Positions 10,401 through 14,515 of a stretch of 14,515 nucleotides of DNA are shown here, in pieces; the stretch's first letter is position 1; each line of letters starts with the position of its first letter. This stretch comes from Azolla caroliniana (taxonomy: Eukaryota > Plantae > Polypodiophyta), in contig JBHGNT010000865.1 in assembly GCA_043228905.1 (NCBI GenBank), forward strand, positions 1-14,515. The letters are read 5' to 3'. The position numbers were made by a program, and so were the translations under genes. The notes under the pieces were generated by a model. It was not told the origin of the DNA. It searched no databases and saw only the letters and a list, made by a program, of their open reading frames with translations.

Positions 10401-11171
10401 TTGCATTCGTATTTCTTTCATTGTTTGCTCATCTATTGGCACTTCTTCGTGTGAGTCTACATATGGTGTTAATGCTTGCAAAATATCTACCTCAAATAGA
10501 GGGATGATTTTCTGATTATCATTAAAATACTGACTTTCTTCTTCCTCGTCCAATCCTTCCATCATATTAACTGCTTCTGCATGTACAGGTAAACTCTGTT
10601 TGCTTGTTGTCACTTTGTTGTGCGTCGGAATCCTGACCTTAGTTTTTCCTTTCCTAAATGTTAGCACATTTTGTTTCCAATTTTGTTTGATATTAGTTGT
10701 CTTTAACCATGGTCTCCCCAATAACAAGGGGTATGCTCCCTGTGCTTCTAACTGCAAAATTACTGCCGAAATCTGAAAACTGTGTCCCCCAATTATTACA
10801 TCCAGTTGTCGAAGCAAACCAATCGGTCGTACCGTACTTGTATCTGCCATTCGTAACCAAAACGGACATGCTTCCCATTCCGTGATTCCTAGTTTTTCAC
10901 ATGTAGCTTTGTTAATCACATTAACTCCCGAGCCTCCATCTATAATCACATTTCCGATTTCTTGCCCGTAAAGTATTACCTTAATCGACGGATTCTGTTC
11001 ATCCATGATCGAAGGGTTATTACTTGGCTGATTGTAGTGTACTGCTATTTGTTCGGAACCTTTATATGCAATTAATGCTGCCACTTTTTCTGTAAACCTT
11101 GGTACTAACTTAAGTAAGCCCGTAAGTGGCAATGACACTTGGCAATCAACGAACAGTTTCCAAGTTTCTTC
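7497..11171 (-). CDS. pol: Pol portion of gag-pol: aspartic protease, reverse transcriptase, RNase H, integrase
   Basis: PR: VIIDGGSGVN (Asp 10938-10940) and LLLGRPWL. RT: RVCVDYRKLN, FLDGFSGYNQ, FGLKTAPATFQR and FLDD (9672-9683). RH: VDASD, NYSTTEREAL, VDHSAL. IN: H-H-CxxC, WGLDFVGP, LVSDQG, ANGLAE and GPY/F-like RWTGP. The frame is open throughout, but is reachable only through the stop-containing gag. Confidence 0.97.
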   Translation of the reverse strand, partial: EETWKLFVDCQVSLPLTGLLKLVPRFTEKVAALIAYKGSEQIAVHYNQPSNNPSIMDEQNPSIKVILYGQEIGNVIIDGGSGVNVINKATCEKLGITEWEACPFWLRMADTSTVRPIGLLRQLDVIIGGHSFQISAVILQLEAQGAYPLLLGRPWLKTTNIKQNWKQNVLTFRKGKTKVRIPTHNKVTTSKQSLPVHAEAVNMMEGLDEEEESQYFNDNQKIIPLFEVDILQALTPYVDSHEEVPIDEQTMKEIRMQQEATDKEMKVSQRVQDSALEEINLAGVEDGERKTVLIARDLAENDKRTLTTLLLQYKDVFAWSFDDMKGLDPAFCQYQINLHKDAKPVQQRRYRLNPNYAIKVKEEIDKLLKVGFIRPVKKSTWLSPIVVVPKKNGKIRVCVDYRKLNAATITDAFPLPFTDGILDAVAGHEIYSFLDGFSGYNQVRMNPEDQEKTTFVTEWGVFVAVVMMFGLKTAPATFQRVIQEIFGEYIPAFMQVFLDDFAVYSRKADHFEHLRLCLEKCRKGRLSLNPAKCAFGVMSGTLLGHIVSQEGIAVDPDKVKAIIEATPPTNAKALSRFLGQIRWHSRMIRYLADIVIPLHTAVHRVPFIWTSIEQDAYECFKKMLTKVPVVQPPDWNKPFHVFVDASDIAIGSALMQLSEPNWYRPVYYASRKLSSAERNYSTTEREALGMIYSVNKFRHYLLGKKFTFHVDHSALLYLVSKQELTGKLARWTLLLQEFEFDIIHRPGAQHAIADYLSRLESGEEAVGVKDDFPDTQLFRVEAVKAQEMNEEKEDEWISEMTIFLSTGIPAEHMSTDERKRIAVRSRNFCLFNDMLYHKGADGIWRRAVRKFEKLAILTESHCGIAGGHYAGQATARKIWNSGLWWPTVMKDANEYCKKCDLCQRMGQPTEKDRMPFQPVLPLEPFQKWGLDFVGPFKPAAARTGNRYIIIATDYCTKWVEAKALRDNTAASTTKFLYENIWCRFGCPIELVSDQGTHFINKLIHELTNYYAVIHKKSTPYYPQANGLAESTNKTIQTILKKIVNENRTDWDQKLNSALWAYRTSYKTSIKSTPFRMAFGLEAVMTIEFQIPTLRIQATNKLNEIESEQIRKEALLVLEEERIQSMSALEHKQRQIKAFVNRHRRKSEEQFEIGKPVLVFQTKMGLMPGKLRYRWTGPVWIINSKNGTYQLGSLTGEVLPKWVNGFRLKPYLGDMPVNPFIQTEE

Positions 11172-13025
11172 CTATTCCTTATTCCCCAATGACTGTTGTA
11201 CAGTGATGTTCTGGTCAATGTTATTGTCTTGTAACATTCGATTCACATTACTTTGATTTGCTTCGTCAACCCATTCTTTTGCCGCCTTCCGAACTGCTTC
11301 CTGAATTTCCCATTCTGATTGTTTGCTTTTGCTGCATGTCGTTACTTGCTGAACTTCCGGTATTACCATATTAACTGCTGGACCCTTTCCTTTAGCCGGA
11401 CATTGATTAGCATAATGGCCTAGTTGTCGACAAATATAACAAGTGGGTACAAATGTTCCACCGGTCTCTCCATGTGCAAATTGGCCGTTATTAAATTGCT
11501 GCTCTTCATTACCACTCGGGTTTTGTTGGAATTGACGTGTAGCTTTTGGTTTGTAAAATTTCTTATTTTTATACCGATTCTGCCTAAATTGTTCGGTATT
11601 ATCATTTGGTTGTGCTACATTTTGTGTTATCCCGAACTCCTGATTTGGCGGAAAATTATTCTATTGAAACATTTGATTATTTTGTGGAAAGGTTTGAGTA
11701 TTATGTTGAAAGGTCATATTACCCGGTTGAAATGCCGGATTCGGTTGAAATGCAGAATTCGGTTGAAATGCAGAATTCGGTTGCACATTCGGACAGTTCT
11801 GTTGAAACCCTTGAAATGGTGGGTTACCTTGTTAGAAACTTTGATTATTTTGTTGAAAATATTGATTCGGATTCTGTACGAATGGTGGGTTGGATTGAGC
11901 AAAACCTGGTTGAAATGCTTGAGTCACTTGAGTGGGTTGCATATTTTGTTGTGAAAAGATCTGATTTGGCTGTATAACCGGATTTTGTTGAAAAGTTGGA
12001 TTTTGTTGTACATTTTGCTGATTTTGTGAAAAATTATTATTTTGATAACCATTGAACAGATTAGTGTTATTTTGGTAACCATTGTCAGTAAAAATTTGTC
12101 GTACTGACGCCGTAGTTTTATTAAGCAGATTATATTCACATTGTTCTACTGAATGTAATTTTGAATGACATATTGTACAATGTGTTCTTAATGTACATTC
12201 AATTGCCGAATGCCCCGTATTTAAACAAGTGGTGCATTGAACTGCTTGACGAAATTGTAACTCCTCCATTGTTGGTAATGTACGTTGTAATGCCGACATG
12301 TCCATACTCTGAACATTGACCGGCGGTCGACCCATTTCTATTGCTTTATCAATTACTTGTTCGATAGTCTGATTTCAAAAATCGAACACTTTCAATGTCG
12401 TCCTTAATGGTTCTTTTACAACTTCTAGAAAGACTTCTTTTAATTCATTATCCGGAATCGGCCTTGAAATCTGAAGCTGTAAGTTTTGAAATTGTATCAC
12501 AAACTGAGATACTGTTTCATTTTTTTCTTGATATAATGCATAAAATTGCGCAATCAAATCCTTCTGCGGAATTTGTCGATGAAATAATTGTAAAAATTTA
12601 CTAGTTAACACTTCAAAGGATGGAAATCCTTGAAGACCGTTCTGCGCAAACCAATTGGCGGAATATCCGTCTAAAGATAAGACGAACTCAGCGATTTTTG
12701 ACTTATCTTTGGCATCTGCCGACAATCGCTGAGCTCCATGGTTAATCTCCCATGTCGTTAAGAAATCCCTAACATGTGCTTCCGCATCTGTTCCTTCTCG
12801 GAACTTAGAATAAGTATAAGGCATATCGTCCCAAATGTCGTAAAACGATACCTCTTCCGTCTGTTTTTCGTCTGAAGGTAATTGATCGGATAAGTCAGGA
12901 AGTTTCGACCACTTTGTGCTTGATTCCGGTTGTTCTTGCGCAATGAACGCTTCCTGCACTGCCTTCGTAACTGACCTTGTACAAGGGCGCTTACAACCGA
13001 CCGGTGTCTCCTCTTCAGACGACAT
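11172..13025 (-). pseudogene. gag: gag, in the same frame as pol, with four in-frame stops: capsid-type domain, two CCHC knuckles, Q/N-rich region, third CCHC knuckle
   Basis: ORFs 12375..13025, 11832..12335, 11172..11369 and pol share one frame. Stops: 12375 (TGA), 11832 (TAA), 11661 (TAG), 11172 (TAG). Gag motifs: LDGYSANWF..F..L..KF and YQEKNETVSQF. Knuckles: CTTCLNTGHSAIEC (12195-12236), CTICHSKLHSVEQC (12138-12179), CYICRQLGHYANQC (11400-11441). Confidence 0.92.
11724..11783 (-). repeat. 18-bp tandem repeat in gag (about 3.3 units), encoding QPNSAF/QPNPAF
   Basis: The + strand unit CGGTTGAAATGC(C/A)G(G/A)ATT starts at 11724, 11742 and 11760, with a partial copy at 11778. Confidence 0.85.
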
Positions 13026-13060
13026 CCATTCGATTTGTTCTCTGCTTAATTGCAGATGTA

Positions 13061-13073
13061 ACCGGGCGTGCCA
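13061..13073 (-). other. Primer-binding site TGGCACGCCCGGT, probably for tRNA-Arg
   Basis: TGG-initiated motif 11 nt downstream of the 5' LTR. It is complementary to ...ACCGGGCGTG-CCA, which I recall as a plant tRNA-Arg 3' end (not checked against a database). Confidence 0.8.
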
Positions 13074-13084
13074 AATTTCTTCTG

Positions 13085-13540
13085 TGTTAATCGGCTAATT
13101 ACTAACTACTACCGATACAGAAGAGTGAACGTCGCTACTCAACGTTCTAACAAGGAATTGTGTTTTACGAACAGAAATATACTATATTAATCGGTAATTA
13201 CCGTGATCGTTACTTAGTTATAAATTAGGAAGATTGCACTTAACAAATTAGACAATAGAAAGAACACAGAATCCGTACATGATATTCCTAACTTAAACTT
13301 ATATTACTAAATAAACGACCTTTCTTACAATGCCTTCGGTTCCCTTTTATAGGTATACCGAAGGTCTTTTCTCATCAAGAACTATTCCTACTTACTATCA
13401 AGAATTACAAAATTATCTAACTAACTTAGTTCTCTTCGTTCACTGCTGAGTCGTCGATCCGAACAGTCGATCCGAACCGACTCCGTTTTCGACGCTTTCC
13501 CACTTGTTCGGTAAAACTGACTGTCCGGGTCCGGGTAACA
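13085..13540 (-). repeat. 5' LTR (456 bp)
   Basis: Direct repeat of 4093-4548, located upstream of the PBS and gag on the minus strand. Confidence 0.98.
13345..13351 (-). promoter_or_regulatory. LTR TATA box (TATAAAA); equivalent site at 4353-4359 in the 3' LTR
   Basis: The minus strand reads CCTATAAAAGGG, oriented towards gag. Confidence 0.7.
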
Positions 13541-13545
13541 CACAT
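13541..13545 (+). repeat. Right target-site duplication CACAT
   Basis: Identical to 4088-4092. Confidence 0.97.
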
Positions 13546-14515
13546 AGATCAAATGTTTAGTAGGTTCTCAAAGAAACTTGCTCGCTGTAATGCTTTCACA
13601 CTTCTCATGCTATCCAAATTGATTAGTGAAGCATATACACCAAAGCCTGAAGTACAACACTTGGAAGAAGTATACGACTTTAAACGTTTCTGCATGGATA
13701 GTGACGGGACTAAAGGTAGGGTGCTTGCACCTCTTCATAATATAAGTTTCAACCATGTCTTCCTCATAAAACAAAGATCGGCCCACCTGAAGATGACGGT
13801 GTTGTTTGCGAAACAATACTCATCTAGTGCACAATGGGAGCCCCAAGAAGGTTGTAGGCTCCTTCTTCATATCCCAGATGAACCTCTACATGGTGCACAA
13901 CAAATGCCATATGATGATCGTAAAAATGTAGCACCAAATAGTACTATTGATGAACAAAGGGCATATTGGTTGAGATGTCTAGCAGAGAAACAAAATAATA
14001 TTAATCGGACTAAGAAGTATGCCGGTGATGAGGATGTTGAATGGTGGGAGATTTTCTTCACCCATCAACGCACCAGTTTAGATAATTACATCGTCGGTTT
14101 ATGGCCAATCCGTATCCCATTCACATGGAACATTGGGATGACATCAACGATATTGTAGACTCATCACCAACAATCGAATAATATGGAGCTTCATGATTTA
14201 GTTCGGCCACTGCAAAGAGATATTTATGTGGGACCAAGAAAGTCACGTACTGTTGAGGCAAGATGGCAAGGTAATTTGCAAGAACTACAAGTGGGAATGT
14301 TGGTTGCAACATTAGCAGGGGACGATACCTTGGGCCATCCATTTTGGATTGCAAAAATTATTGAACTAGTAAGGGATGAAGAAAGTAGTCAGACAAAGTC
14401 AATAGTAGTCCATTGGTATCAGACAAATTCAACTGATGCATTTACAGGAAAGTATTCTTTAGAGATGGTTAAGGATGTCGGATATTCAAGCAGAAAGAGA
14501 AGAAGAAAGAATATA
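13546..14515 (+). pseudogene. 3' part of the Sola-like/DUF7869-type transposase, with an in-frame TAG at 14156-14158 and a C-terminal BAH/Royal-like domain; runs off the window
   Basis: Removing the element and one TSD copy gives CAC AT|A GAT CAA ATG, i.e. GHTHDHIDQMFSRFSKKL, in frame with ORF 13553..14158. After the TAG the same frame stays open to 14515 (..ELQVGMLVATLAGDDTLGHPFWIAKIIELV..SIVVHWY..RKRRRK). Confidence 0.82.

Larger units (their letters stand above)
4093..13540 (-). mobile_element. Full-length Ty3/Gypsy LTR retrotransposon (non-chromovirus, Athila-like pol motifs) with a 3' extra ORF
   Basis: Two 456-bp direct repeats with TGTTA...TAACA termini, a 5-bp TSD and domain order GAG-PR-RT-RH-IN. 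No chromodomain is visible after the integrase, and no second (archaeal-type) RNase H is visible. Confidence 0.98.

Noticed and set aside
11735-11770. Similarity between the gag repeat (TTTCAACCGAAT..) and the intron palindrome unit (TTTCAACCGAAATCCG)
   Set aside because: Only ~11 nt match exactly and this is explained by F-Q-P-N codons; probably chance.
11424-11977. Antisense ORFs 11424..11954 and 11606..11977, and other short ORFs opposite pol, the extra ORF and the host genes
   Set aside because: They are shadows of low-complexity or biased coding sequence on the other strand and have no recognisable motifs.
11172-12377. Stops repaired by U-to-C RNA editing, or an alternative genetic code
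   Set aside because: Such editing is organellar, whereas this is intron-containing nuclear TE DNA. All three stop types occur, and TAA/TAG terminate pol and the extra ORF normally.
4093-13540. Element oriented on the + strand, since a PBS-like motif lies 2 nt after the left LTR
   Set aside because: gag-pol, the extra ORF and the LTR TATA box are all on the minus strand, and no + strand PPT precedes the right LTR (that sequence is pyrimidine-rich).
1-14515. Terminal inverted repeats of the host DNA transposon
   Set aside because: Both host genes run off the window edges, so the termini are not visible and the Sola-like assignment rests on protein motifs only.

Overview
Eukaryotic nuclear DNA, most likely from a plant (inferred from spliceosomal introns, plant-type TATA boxes and CG/CHG-context C>T changes), made of two nested transposable elements. 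(1) A complete 9,448-bp Ty3/Gypsy non-chromovirus LTR retrotransposon lies on the minus strand at 4093-13540. It has 456-bp LTRs that differ at only 4 sites and a CACAT target-site duplication. It carries one gag-pol frame (13025-7497) with four premature stops confined to gag, plus a large extra coiled-coil ORF downstream of pol that appears to have its own TATA promoter. Its most unusual feature is the absence of a polypurine tract: that position is occupied by a mimic of a tRNA 3' half ending in CCA, which amounts to a second, inverted primer-binding site. (2) The retrotransposon inserted into the GHTHDH|IDQ motif of a Sola-like/DUF7869-type DDD transposase (+ strand), whose C-terminus resembles a BAH/Royal-family chromatin-reader domain. 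That transposase is head-to-head with a spliced gene encoding a ParB/Srx-like domain (- strand, at least 4 exons). Intron 1 of this gene holds a nested double palindrome. Both host genes carry nonsense mutations and run off the window edges. All family assignments come from motif recognition by eye; no database search was run.
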